Assembly (NCBI GenBank): GCA_964016885.1 | Contig: CAXHJY010000257.1 | Span: 62,001 to 126,000 of the forward strand | Direction: 5' to 3' | Length of the DNA: 64,000 nt | Origin: Eledone cirrhosa | Taxonomy: Eukaryota | In this document: positions 29,851 to 42,232 of the stretch, in pieces | How positions within the stretch are numbered: position 1 is the stretch's first letter | Layout: every line of letters begins with the position of its first letter | Translations under genes and position numbers: made by a program | Notes under the pieces: model-generated | What the model saw: only the letters and a program-made list of their open reading frames with translations | What the model was told of the DNA's origin: nothing | Database searches by the model: none

Positions 29851-31592
29851 ATAATTAATAATGTATAATAAGGCATGGGGAAGATTACACTATAATAAGG
29901 TATAAAAGTAAGAATAAGGTAAAATATAAAGGAGGATAAAAGTGAAAATAAGAATAAAGATAAAAAATATATATATAAAAAAATATATAGAGAATATATA
30001 AAGAAATATAAACAAGTATTTGAAGGGGAAAACACAATGTAAAAAAACCGATTTTATTTATTTATTTTTTATTTTTTTTTTTTTTTCAAATAAAAATATT
30101 ATAATTATGGGGGGAGAAAATGGGATAGAGAAATATGATCAAATGTGATTAGTTGAGAGAATATAAGATGATAATAGTTATGTCAAGTTTATACATCTTA
30201 ATAATAAATAATCTGTATATCAGAGTTACAGAACCTTCAATTCACTTACAGGTTCAAGCCATGTGGCATAGTCCATTGTTTATCTGTGCGGTCATGTGCG
30301 TTTGTTTTTGACACCACAGCAGATGCACAAGTTCGTAAATTCCAATGCAGATAGAAATCTATTTTTGCTCACCCAGACATTGACGGAGTATACAATATTC
30401 CTAGTTCAATATGTGTGTGGTGTTATTTTGGTCGCACAAATCAATCACTTGGTTCAATATTATGGAGTATGGTTTTCTGGTCTTCGTAACAGTGTCAGTG
30501 GTTGTATATCTCGAAATCACAAGGATCACAGTACTCCGGTTTGGTGTGATTATCGGTCTTCCAATTATGTTGTCGGTGGTTGTATTCAATTCTATTGTCC
30601 CGAACGTAGAACTTTGGTGTCGATAGGACATTAACTAGGCAGAGTGAGATCGCATCTGTGGTACAAAACGGTACGCAAGGAAATTCTTCGTCTTCGTTTC
30701 ATCCGGGTCCAGCAGTCACGTGCAAGAACCGCTACGTAGTAATTGGGTTAATCGGTCAAGATAGTAACTGACCGAAAATTCTCTTAGGAATTCAGACAGG
30801 CATGACAGGTACATTTAGGTCAGCAGTTTCTTTATGTGTATGTGTGTCCGATACACACAGACACACATTTATATGTATTTCAACTCAAAAAATTCAATTG
30901 ATTCGCCTATTGATATTATATCTGTGTTGCTCCGATGTGCATGTGGTGTTCTGGTCGTGTATAGCATTCACTGTATTTTGCCATTACCTTGGAATGTGAT
31001 GTTATGGTCATCAATAGTCCGGCAAACGCATTCCTCTCTTATATTGCGGAGAATGGTGTTCTGGTCCTCAGTAAACATGTTTCAGCAGGAGGGGTGGTGG
31101 TTCTCAGTTTCAATTTCGACAATACATATGTGTTACTCTACATATCGTGCTCCTCTCAAAGAAGAGTATTATAGGAGGAATTCATGCCAAACACCACATA
31201 TGGAGAAGATTTCTACAGAAAAAATATACATACATATACACATATATACACACATACACATATATACACACATCATACACATACACATACATACATATAT
31301 ACACATACACATCACATATACACATACACACAATATAATACACATGCATACAATATACATATATATATATATACAATATACATGTATACAATGCACACAC
31401 GTACGCATACACACATGTCTGTCTGTGTGTGTGTGAGAGAAAAGAATACACACACACATACACACACGCAAAAACACCAACCTTGTAGGGGACTGTTCCA
31501 CCCTTAGGGTACCTATCTATCTGGGTTACGGGTTGGGGGAGGGGGGGGGGGAAGCTATAGTCTAGGTGGGGGTTGCGTGATATATGTTACGT

Positions 31593-34134
31593 CTATGTGC
31601 TGGGTTTAAAATAGAAGGAGGAACTCAGGATTTTGTGTTGGCAAGAGGAGAAAATTTCCGATTTCCTGTTAAGCAGGTTCAGTTTAGAGTGTATTATGGC
31701 ATGGCATTCCAGTAAACACAGGTCACAACTCCCGCTCTGCGGTCGGTATGGCGTGGATCTAGTAAGCTTCCCCCAAAAAAGTTTGTATGGGGTACTATTA
31801 TTTTTTAAAAAGGATATGTATACCACCAGTGAGGTGGCATTCTTATGTCTATCGTGTCTAAATGTGTACATCTGCGCGTTAAATCTAGTTTTAAATGTAT
31901 TGGACGTTGCTCCTATATATGTTTTGGTAGAGTTGTGTGTGGTTACGTCACATGCATATACGATGTTTTTCACGAGGCAATCCCCCTTAGGGGACAATTA
32001 CTACTCCGCCTACAATTGCAACTGCGGTTTCGATTAGTTAGCGTACCTCCCGAACTTTGGTTACTAGCATTATCACTAGGTGCCTCTATATCATTAGATG
32101 GCTCATTGATGCTATTATGTTGTCCATTTTCCAGTGTAGTCGGTTGCTGGTGGTTAACTGCCATTTTAATTGCTTCAAAACCTTCCCTAGTTTTCCTAAT
32201 GTTCGTGCGTGCTAGGTGTGATGCGAGGTTAGGTGTGGTTGAATAGGATAATTTAATTACATTTTTGTTAATTATGTTGCGATATCTATTGCCTGGTGGG
32301 AAGTTTTTTTCTAATAATGAGAAGAATACTCTGGGGAGGTTAGTGAGGACTTCAGAGTTAAAAGGTGGGTTAAAATACCTGTTTTTCCTTCTTCTATTTT
32401 TCTTATCTGTGGGATGAGTCTTGCTACTGTGCGTACTATTTTGTAGGGTTCCGTTATTAACGTTAGTGGCGTTGTCTGTTTTGCTTAAGCCCGGATGGTT
32501 TATATTCATGGCGTGATCATTTGCTGTTTTAGAGTTGTGGTGAGGGACTCTAGTATTGTCTTTACGTGGTTTACATTTAGCTGGGTTACCGCCATTAGGG
32601 TTCTTACTATTATTCTTGCCTCTAAGTTGGTTCGGCTTTGTGGCCATACTATGTGTGATTATGTTGGTAGGTTTCACACTCATGGTTTGGGAGTCCTTAT
32701 GTATATATGATAATCTACTCCCGTAACCAGATTCTGCTAGGGCCTTGTCATAATACTCTGCATTGGAGTTGAAGATACTCTCATTACAGGACAGTCTGCT
32801 AATTCTATTAGAGACTCCCTTGGGAATAGCGTTTAGGACTGATTTGGGGTGGTTGGAGCTGGCGTTTACATATGTTAGTCTATCGTTAGGTTTATGGTAG
32901 GGTGCAAATGTTTTAGTTTCTAGGTCAAGGGTGGCGTCTAGGAAGTTTACTGTTTTGTCATTTGCATCTATGGTAATACTTAGATTAAAGTTTTTAAAGA
33001 ACCTACGTAACTGTTTCCTAGTTCTTTCTATATTGCACTTTTTATACTCGAGAGTGAGGAGGGCGTCATCACGGTATAAGCCGCCCTTTAAGTGTGGTAA
33101 TGTCTCATGTAACTCCTTTAAGAGGTACAATCCTACCAGGTCCGTTACTTGTGCAGAGATCCCATTGTGATGTCGAAGTTATTGGGCGTATTCTTGCGGG
33201 TCCACAATTCATCCTCAAATGTGATTATCGTTTTCCAGGCCGCAAGAATGACATCAATTTGAGACCTAGTGAGGTCACTTTTCTGCATGGCCATGACTAG
33301 GGCCTTATTAAGGAGTATGGGGGAGATTGAGGTGTAGTACGCATCGATGTCGAATTGTATAAATTTAAGGGATTTATGGTTGCTAAGGCTTGAGAACCAT
33401 TTCAAAACCTCTTCCGTATTCTCCCATAGCTCTAGATTTATTTTCCTCCTGATGGTGGGTATAACGCCGTCTAAAATTTTCTTACTGATAATTCCTATAT
33501 CTGACTTCGATGGGCTAATTAATCTAACAGAGGGTTTACTAATGAAGTCAGCCTTATGGTCTTTAAGGGTGAACCTGGGTTGCCTAGGGGTATATGGTTG
33601 GGTATACTTTTCCAGGCCTAGTTTATCCACTATGGCGCATGCTTCCTTATTAATTTCATCTAAGTTTGCGCTTGTTGTCTTTTTATAGTTTCTATTTAAT
33701 TCATTGTATATAAACCTGCGATACGTATCATAATTTAAGCTATAAATATTTCTGGTTTTATCCGAGGTGACCAGGATATCTCTTTTATCGTTAAAGCCCT
33801 TAACTAAGGTTTCCAGTTTCATCCGGAATTTGTTGCTATTCCCATGGGGGTTTTTAAACTTAATATTCCTTACTAGTGATAGGTCTTTCTCAAATCCATC
33901 TAGCATGGAGTTATGGGGCGGGCTCCTATAGGTTTTAAAACCGAATTTATTATTGGGGGACACCGTGGTTGATTTCTTATTTCTCTTATCGAAGTGGAAA
34001 GTGCGCCATCTAATACGCTTAACGAAAGAGTTGACACTAGCTATCAGTAATTTCTCATAAGTAGTCCTGGATGGGGTTCGGATGTTCTTGAGTGATATAG
34101 GTAGGTAGTCTTTAGTTAGCATGCTGCCAATCAA
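31593..34134 (-). pseudogene. Frameshifted PLE RT-GIY-YIG ORF (329 + 386 + 134 aa segments)
   Basis: FIQFDIDAYY, GGLYRDDALL, VNFLDATLDL, NIVYACDV...YIGATSNTFKTR; colinear with the PLE-A protein. Confidence 0.9.
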
Positions 34135-34338
34135 TTATAATCATACACTCACGGTGGACAGGTTATAAAGATTTAGCTCAACCGGGGGAAGCCATAGAAA
34201 TACTTAGGTTAATAGGAGTTAGGTATTGTATACCCGTGTCCCATTAAGGTATTGGCAGCATAATAATTAGCTCTATGCTTTGGAGCAGAGCCGTATATAT
34301 GATAAAGAACACAAGAGCGTCTACAACATCAAAAGATT

Positions 34339-34397
34339 TTTATTGGCTTACAATGTTTCTTCCTTACGTAACCGTAGGATTCGTCAGAGCTATAAAA
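34339..34397 (-). ncRNA. Minimal hammerhead (PLE-C 5' pLTR, ~200 nt upstream of ORF)
   Basis: Same sequence as 29275-29333. Confidence 0.8.
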
Positions 34398-34705
34398 GTG
34401 GTTATATATATATATATATCGTCAGAGCTATAAAAGTGGTTATATATATATATATTGTATGCCCTTTGTGTTTGTGTAGCCTCTGCACACCCTCTGCACC
34501 CTACTATCGACGCCACCCCGTCTATGGTTCAGCTAACCACTCGACTCCCGGGAATGAATATGACCGCAGCTAGTAAACAAGGACCCCACACCCCACCCTC
34601 CCGCACCAAAATTAGACTTATCGTCCCCTACTTTTGCTCTTTACTCTCTTTACTCTTTGTTCTTGAATGTTTAGTTGGTAGAGTCCATAACACCAATCAA
34701 ACCAC

Positions 34706-34765
34706 TTTTATAGCTCTGACGAATCCTACGGTTACGTAAGGAAGAAACATTGTAACCCAATAAAA
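34706..34765 (+). ncRNA. Minimal hammerhead (PLE-C inverted pLTR; stem I mutation AGC>ACC)
   Basis: CTGACGA at 34716, GAAACATTGTA at 34744. Confidence 0.7.
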
Positions 34766-34994
34766 ATCTTTTGATGTTGTAGACGCTCTTGTGTTCTTTA
34801 TCATATATATCTATATATGTATATATATATGTATATATCTATATATGTGTATATATATTTATATATATATGTATGAGGTGAGTTTTATTGTAGCACAATA
34901 AACCAATGCAAATATCGGATAAGTAGCACTCAACAGTTTAAAGGACTGGAGTATAAATAATATAAAATCAAAAGATGGTTAAAAGAGTTCCATG

Positions 34995-35065
34995 TATTTT
35001 ATTGTGCGCATTTCAAAAACAAATATCATCATGGGATGATATTTGCGTTCTCATCAGATAAAATA
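34995..35065 (-). ncRNA. Hammerhead motif with ACA instead of NUH at the cleavage site
   Basis: TATTTTAT-CTGATGA-long stem II-GAAA-TGCGCA-CA-ATAAAATA. Confidence 0.65.
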
Positions 35066-35122
35066 GGGAGACATGGTATGAAGCTTAAAAAACACTTGCG
35101 AGCAGTGAAGTGTTGATTTAAT

Positions 35123-35277
35123 GGAGGCACATCGCTTAGTGGTTAGAGCATTGGCCTTGCAATTGAAAGGTTGTGAATTCAATTATCAGACCTGGTGATG
35201 TGTTGTTTCCTTGAGCAAGACACTTTATTTCACATTGCTCCAGTTTACTCAGCTGTAGAAATGAGATGATAGGGACT
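35123..35277 (+). mobile_element. tRNA-derived SINE head (same family as 19587-19738)
   Basis: GGAGGCACATCGCTTAGTGGTTAGAGCATTGG...CTTGAGCAAGACACTTTATTTCACATTGCTCCAG. Confidence 0.85.
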
Positions 35278-35466
35278 GTGCTACCATTACACCAACACAT
35301 CACCCATCTCTTTCCATTCAAATTAGAAGCTACATTCTTAGCGAGTTTAAATGGCAAGTAAGTATGTTTTGAAACAGTGAGCAGGTTTGAAATTAGAAAA
35401 TAGAATAACTTTCACCGTATTTTTGACTAAAGGAATTGCTTTAGTCAAAAATACGGTGAAAGCTAC

Positions 35467-35928
35467 TATATATATGTATATATATAAGTATATGTATATA
35501 TATAAGTATATGTATATATGTATATGTATATATGTATATATATAAGTATATGTATATATGTATATATATATATATGTATATATATAAGTATATGTATATA
35601 TATATGTATATATATAAGTATATGTATATATATATGTATATATATAAGTATATGTATATATGTATATATATATCTATATATATGTATATATATAAGTATA
35701 TGTATATATATATGTATATATATAAGTATATGTATATATGTATATATATAAGTATATGTATATATGTATATATATAAGTATATGTATATATGTATATATA
35801 TAAGTATATGTATATATGTATATATATAAGTATATGTATATATGTATATATATAAGTATATGTATATATGTATATATATAAGTATATGTATATATGTATA
35901 TATATATATATGTATATATATATGTATG

Positions 35929-35959
<31 letters not shown>

Positions 35960-36022
35960 GTATATATATATGTATGTATATATATATATGTATGTATATA
36001 TATATGTATATATATATGTATG

Positions 36023-36090
<68 letters not shown>

Positions 36091-36104
36091 TGTATATATG
36101 TATG

Positions 36105-36142
<38 letters not shown>

Positions 36143-36230
36143 TATATATATGTATGTATATATATATGTATGTATATATATATATATGTATATATATATG
36201 TATATATATATATGTATATATATGTGTATG

Positions 36231-36268
<38 letters not shown>

Positions 36269-36482
36269 TATATATATGTATGTATATATATATGTATGTA
36301 TATATATATATGTATATATATATGTATATATATATATGTATATATATGTGTATGTATATATATATGTATATATATATATGTATATATATATGTATATATA
36401 TATGTATATATATATGTATATATATATGTATATGTATATGTATATGTATATATATATGTATATGTATATGTATATATATGTG

Positions 36483-36521
<39 letters not shown>

Positions 36522-37349
36522 ATATATATATATGTATATATATGTATGTATATATATATGTATATGTATATATATGTATGTATATATATATGTATATGTA
36601 TATATATGTGTATATATATGTATATATATATGTATATATATATATGTATATATATATATATGTATATGTATATATGTATATGTATATATATATATGTATA
36701 TATATATGTATATATATATATGTATATATGTATGTATATATATATATGTATATATGTATGTATAAATATGTATATATGTATGTATATATATGTATATATG
36801 TATGTATATATATGTGTATATATATGTATATATATGTGTATATATATGTATATATATATATGTATATATATATATATGTATGTATATATATATATATGTA
36901 TATATATATATGTATATATATATATGTGTATATATATATGTATATGTGTATATGTATATGTATATATGTATGTATATGTATATATGTATGTATATATGTA
37001 TGTATATATGTATGTATATATGTATATGTATATATGTATATGTATATATGTATATGTGTATATGTATATATGTATATGTATATATATATATGTATATATA
37101 TGTATATGTATATATATGTATGTGTATATGTATAATATATATATGTATATATATATATATATATGTATATGTATATATACATGTATATGTATATATATAT
37201 ATGTATATATATATGTATATGTATATATATATGTATATGTATATATATGTATATATATATATATGTATATGTATATGTATATATATATGTATATGTATAT
37301 ATATATATGTATATATATATGTGTATGTATATGTGTATATGTGTATATG

Positions 37350-37380
<31 letters not shown>

Positions 37381-37459
37381 GTATATATGTATATATATAT
37401 GTATATATGTATATATATATGTGTATATATATATGTATATATATATATGTATATATATG

Positions 37460-37490
<31 letters not shown>

Positions 37491-37491
37491 G

Positions 37492-37544
<53 letters not shown>

Positions 37545-37751
37545 ATATATATATATGTATATATATGTATATATATGTATATATATATATGTATATATAT
37601 GTATATATATGTATATATATATATGTATATATATGTATATATATATATGTATATATATGTATATATATATATATGTATATATATATGTATATATATGTAT
37701 ATATATATATGTATATATATGTATATATATATATATGTATATATATATATG

Positions 37752-37842
<91 letters not shown>

Positions 37843-38313
37843 GTATATATATGTATATATATATATGTATATATATGTATATATATATATGTATATATAT
37901 GTATATATATATATGTATATATATGTATATATATATATGTATATATATGTATATATATATATGTATATATATGTATATAAATATATGTATATATATGTAT
38001 ATATCTATATGTATATATATGTATATATATATATGTATATATATGTATATATATATATATATATGTATATATATGTATATGTATATATATGTATATATAT
38101 GTATATGTATATATATGTATATATATGTATATATATGTATATGTATGTATATGTATATATATGTATATATATGTATATGTATATATATGTATATATATGT
38201 ATATATATGTATATATATATATGTATATATATATATGTATATATATATATGTATATATATGTATATATATATATGTATATATATATATGTATATATATGT
38301 ATATATATGTATG

Positions 38314-38402
<89 letters not shown>

Positions 38403-38520
38403 GTATATATATATGTATAAATATATATATATATATGTTTTTTTATTCAGGACTAGTCTGAGTTTAATGATTCTTGCATATATAGATCTTAAATATATAT
38501 ATATATATTATATTATATAC

Positions 38521-38551
<31 letters not shown>

Positions 38552-38689
38552 TATATACACATATATATATATATATAATATATTATATAATACATATATA
38601 TATATATATATTACATATATATATATATATTTCTAATATATATTATATTATATATATATATATATATATCTAATATATATTATATTATA

Positions 38690-38731
<42 letters not shown>
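35467..38731. repeat. Interrupted (TA)n array (G variants on +), with ~26-bp TAAG-containing higher-order units at its start and nearly pure AT at its end
   Basis: Directly visible. Confidence 0.95.
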
Positions 38732-38733
<2 letters not shown>

Positions 38734-41700
38734 CCATAAATGTAGGCACCCTAAAGGGTCGCGTTAACGAGGTTGTAGAAATGCTTGAACGTAAGGAGGT
38801 CGATGTTTGTTGTATTCAAGAGACCAGGTGGAGGGGTGGGTCTGCTAGGTTCATTGAGGGTAAAAAACGATGTTATAAGCTTTTCTGGGTGGGAAACGAC
38901 GATGGGCTGGGTGGAGTAGGAATCATGGTAGCAGAAAAGTGGGCAGATAAGATAATAGACGTAAATAGAGTGAACGACAGAATAATTAAAATACGACTTG
39001 TCCTCAATAGAACTACGGTGACAGTAATATCTGCGTACGCACCCCAATCCGGACTGCCCGGCACTATAAAAGACAGATTCTATGAGACACTGATGCTAAC
39101 TACCTCCCAAATATCCGACAGTGACTATATAATTATTACAGGCGACCTAAATGGTCACGTTGGACAACATTGTGACGGCTACGATGAAATCCATGGAGGC
39201 TATGGGTTTGGTACTAGAAATGAGGAAGGCTCCAGAATCTTGGAATTCTGTGATGCAAATAACCTAACTATCTGTAACACTAACTTCAAAAAACGTGACA
39301 ATCACCTGATCACCTATAGATCCGGGGAACACACAAGCCAGGTAGATTATATCCTTACCAGAAGACGTGACAGAGTGTCTGTTGTAAACACTAAATCCCT
39401 CCCCCATGAAGAATGCACCTCCCAACATAGACTGATAATTAGCGACCTCATAGTCAGGACGAGACGTACTCGACAGCAGAAGAGGACTATCCTCAGGAGA
39501 AAAATATGGAAGCTAAAGGACCCCACAGCCAGGAATAAATTTCAAAGCATATTACTTGAAGCTTTCGACAGTAAGGAAGAACATTTAGAGTCGGACAATA
39601 TAGAGGGAGAGTGGGAATTTCTGAAAGCAAACCTGCTGTTGGCGACAGACGAAGTCTGTGGCTGGAGCAGGCCTGTAGGCAGGAGGAGAGTAACATGGTG
39701 GTGGAACAGTAAGGTGGAGGGGTCAATTAAGGCCAAAAAGCAGGCTTGGAAAGTATGGCGGGATGGGGGAAGTAGAGAAGACTATCAAGTGGCCAGGACG
39801 GAAGCTAGGAGACAAGCGTACTTCGCAAGAAGGGAAGCAGAGGAAAGAAAGTTCAAGCATGTTCTACAACGCGATGACCAAAAACGTGAGGTGTTCAGGA
39901 TTGCTAGGCAATGCGTCAAGGAAAACCGTGATATTGTCGGGGAGAAGTGTGTACTAAACGACGATGGCACACTTGCCATCACCGACGCTGATAAGAAGGT
40001 AGCTTGGAAGTGTCACTATGAAAGGCTACTAAATGAGGAGAATAAATGGGAGAAAGACAGTCTCCCCCATATCGACCCAATAGAGGGACCAGCAGTGTTA
40101 GTCGATGGGAGTATAATAAGTAAGGCAATCAAGGATATGAAGACGGGTAAGGCGGCTGGGCCTTCGGAAATAGTTGCTGAGATGCTGAAGGCATCTGGCA
40201 CGGTGGGACACACCATGGTCACCCGCATAGTTAACCAAGTCGTACAGAATGGGGTTGTTCCGAAGGACTGGCATAGCAGCATCATCGTTAACTGTTATAA
40301 TGGTAAAGGAGACGCCCTAGATAGGAGTAACTATAGAGGCATTAAATTAATCGACCAGGTCATGAAGGTCACGGAAAAAGTAATAGCGCAACTAATCAGA
40401 GAGAGAATTGACCTAGATGAAATGCAGTTCGGGTTTGTGTCAGGCAAAAGTACCACAGACGCTCTTTTCATAGTACGACAACTACAGGAGAAGTACCTAG
40501 CTAAAGGTAAACCCCTCTACTTAGCTTTTGTCGACTTGGAGAAAGCCTTCGACAGAGTCCCCCGCTCCATTATCTGGTGGGCTCTTAGAAAACTAGGCGT
40601 TGACGAATGGCTTGTGAGGGCTATACAAGCCATGTATAAAGAAACAGTCAGCAAGGTTAGAATTAACAACGAATATAGTGAAGAGTTTAGCGTAAAAGTT
40701 GGCGTCCATCAGGGCTCTGTTCTCAGTCCACTACTATTTATTATTGCCCTTCAGGCTATAACAGAGGAGTTCAAGACAGGCTGCCCATGGGAACTCCTAT
40801 ACGCAGACGACCCGACACTCATAGCGGAATCAATGGCCGAGCTAGAGAAGAAATTCCAAACATGGAAGCACGGCCTAGAGTCAAAAGGACTTAAAATTAA
40901 CCTGGCTAAGACCAAAGTTCTAGTTTGTAGGAAAGAAAACAAGGCGGCGGTCCCTTCTGGGAAATGGTCGTGCTCGCTGTGTAGGAAAGGCGTCGGTAGA
41001 AACTCCATTTTATGTCCTAAATGCAAAGTATGGGTGCATAAAAGATGTAGTGGGATCACAGGTAAGCTAACTAATAACATAGATTTTACATGTGGCCGGT
41101 GTTCTGGTGCAATAAGTAGCAGCAAGTGCCCACAAAATACTAGCTCTTTCAATTGCGCAGAGGGTTCTATAGAAATAGTGGACAGCTTCCGTTACCTGGG
41201 CGATAAAATCAGCAGTGGGGGAGGGTGCTCTGAAAGTACTGTAGCTAGAGTCAGAACTGGTTGGAAAAAGTTCAGAGAGCTTATACCACTATTAGCTGCT
41301 AAAGGGTTCTCCCTAAAAATGAAAGGCAGGTTGTACGATGCCTGCATACGAACAGCAATGCTGCATGGCAGTGAGACCTGGGCATTGTGTGCAGAGGATA
41401 TACGCAGACTAGAGAGGAACGAAGCTTGCATGCTCCGCTGGATGTGTAACAGTAATATACGTGAACGGCAAAGCATAAACGAACTAAGGAAAAAATTAGA
41501 GATAAGAGGGATCAGATGTTGTTTACTCGAGAGAAGGCTACGTTGGTATGGACACGTGATGCGCATGAAAGTCGATAGCTGTATAACAAAGTGCAGGGCA
41601 ATAAAGATAGACGGTAGTCACGGAATAGGCAGACCTAGAAAAACCTGGGACGAGCTGATAAACTCCGACATCACACACTTACACCTCTCCAAGACAATGT

Positions 41701-42150
41701 CACTGGACCGAGACCTTTGGCGGTACTCAGTAACAGAGAAGACCCGCCTTACCTAAATATATAGTAAAACCTACTCCAGCCAGTAGTCATCTCTAACAAA
41801 ATACACCCCGTCCCACCACCACCACCCCCACCTCATCCACACCACCCCGTTCTATGTAAAGTTATGTTGGTGCCGCGCCATCCAGGCCGAAACAAATGAG
41901 ATCGTGTAGGTGTCACGACAAAAAAAACACACAGTCTACGCTGTAATGTGGCCGTGTAGGCAACACGGTAAAAACCTCCCAGACCCACACTGTAAATGTG
42001 GTTGGTGTTAAGAAGGGCATCCAACTGTAGAAAACCTGCCAGACAGTCCTATGCGAGCAAGACAATCACTCTTGCCTCAAGTGGGACTACCCCCGTCCAA
42101 ACCCATGCAAGCGTGGAACACGGACGTTAAACGTTGATGATGATGATGAT
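38732..42150 (+). mobile_element. RTE-1 copy 4, 5'-truncated within EN motif I
   Basis: 991-aa ORF 38781-41756 (YADDP), 3'UTR, (GAT)n tail. Confidence 0.95.
38781..41756 (+). CDS. RTE APE endonuclease-RT with PHD insert (N-terminally truncated)
   Basis: ORF track; near-identical to copy 2. Confidence 0.85.
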   Translation: MLERKEVDVCCIQETRWRGGSARFIEGKKRCYKLFWVGNDDGLGGVGIMVAEKWADKIIDVNRVNDRIIKIRLVLNRTTVTVISAYAPQSGLPGTIKDRFYETLMLTTSQISDSDYIIITGDLNGHVGQHCDGYDEIHGGYGFGTRNEEGSRILEFCDANNLTICNTNFKKRDNHLITYRSGEHTSQVDYILTRRRDRVSVVNTKSLPHEECTSQHRLIISDLIVRTRRTRQQKRTILRRKIWKLKDPTARNKFQSILLEAFDSKEEHLESDNIEGEWEFLKANLLLATDEVCGWSRPVGRRRVTWWWNSKVEGSIKAKKQAWKVWRDGGSREDYQVARTEARRQAYFARREAEERKFKHVLQRDDQKREVFRIARQCVKENRDIVGEKCVLNDDGTLAITDADKKVAWKCHYERLLNEENKWEKDSLPHIDPIEGPAVLVDGSIISKAIKDMKTGKAAGPSEIVAEMLKASGTVGHTMVTRIVNQVVQNGVVPKDWHSSIIVNCYNGKGDALDRSNYRGIKLIDQVMKVTEKVIAQLIRERIDLDEMQFGFVSGKSTTDALFIVRQLQEKYLAKGKPLYLAFVDLEKAFDRVPRSIIWWALRKLGVDEWLVRAIQAMYKETVSKVRINNEYSEEFSVKVGVHQGSVLSPLLFIIALQAITEEFKTGCPWELLYADDPTLIAESMAELEKKFQTWKHGLESKGLKINLAKTKVLVCRKENKAAVPSGKWSCSLCRKGVGRNSILCPKCKVWVHKRCSGITGKLTNNIDFTCGRCSGAISSSKCPQNTSSFNCAEGSIEIVDSFRYLGDKISSGGGCSESTVARVRTGWKKFRELIPLLAAKGFSLKMKGRLYDACIRTAMLHGSETWALCAEDIRRLERNEACMLRWMCNSNIRERQSINELRKKLEIRGIRCCLLERRLRWYGHVMRMKVDSCITKCRAIKIDGSHGIGRPRKTWDELINSDITHLHLSKTMSLDRDLWRYSVTEKTRLT

Positions 42151-42156
42151 ATATAA

Positions 42157-42212
<56 letters not shown>

Positions 42213-42232
42213 ATATGTATTATATTATATAT

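Larger units (their letters stand above)
29139..34806 (-). mobile_element. Penelope-like element PLE-C (Hydra-clade-like) with direct (29139-29339 / 34202-34402) and inverted (29230-29590 / 34455-34806) pLTR copies
   Basis: YRDDA RT, CNC linker, GIY-YIG; repeats seen directly. Confidence 0.85.
34870..35462 (-). mobile_element. Orphan pLTR-like fragment with hammerhead, nested SINE head and terminal 24-bp hairpin (35409-35462)
   Basis: Hammerhead 34995-35065; perfect stem CTTTCACCGTATTTTTGACTAAAG-GAATTG-CTTTAGTCAAAAATACGGTGAAAG. Confidence 0.55.

Noticed and set aside
35123-35195. tRNA gene (also 19665-19738)
   Set aside because: A/B boxes are present but there is no proper cloverleaf or terminator, and the sequence continues into a SINE body.
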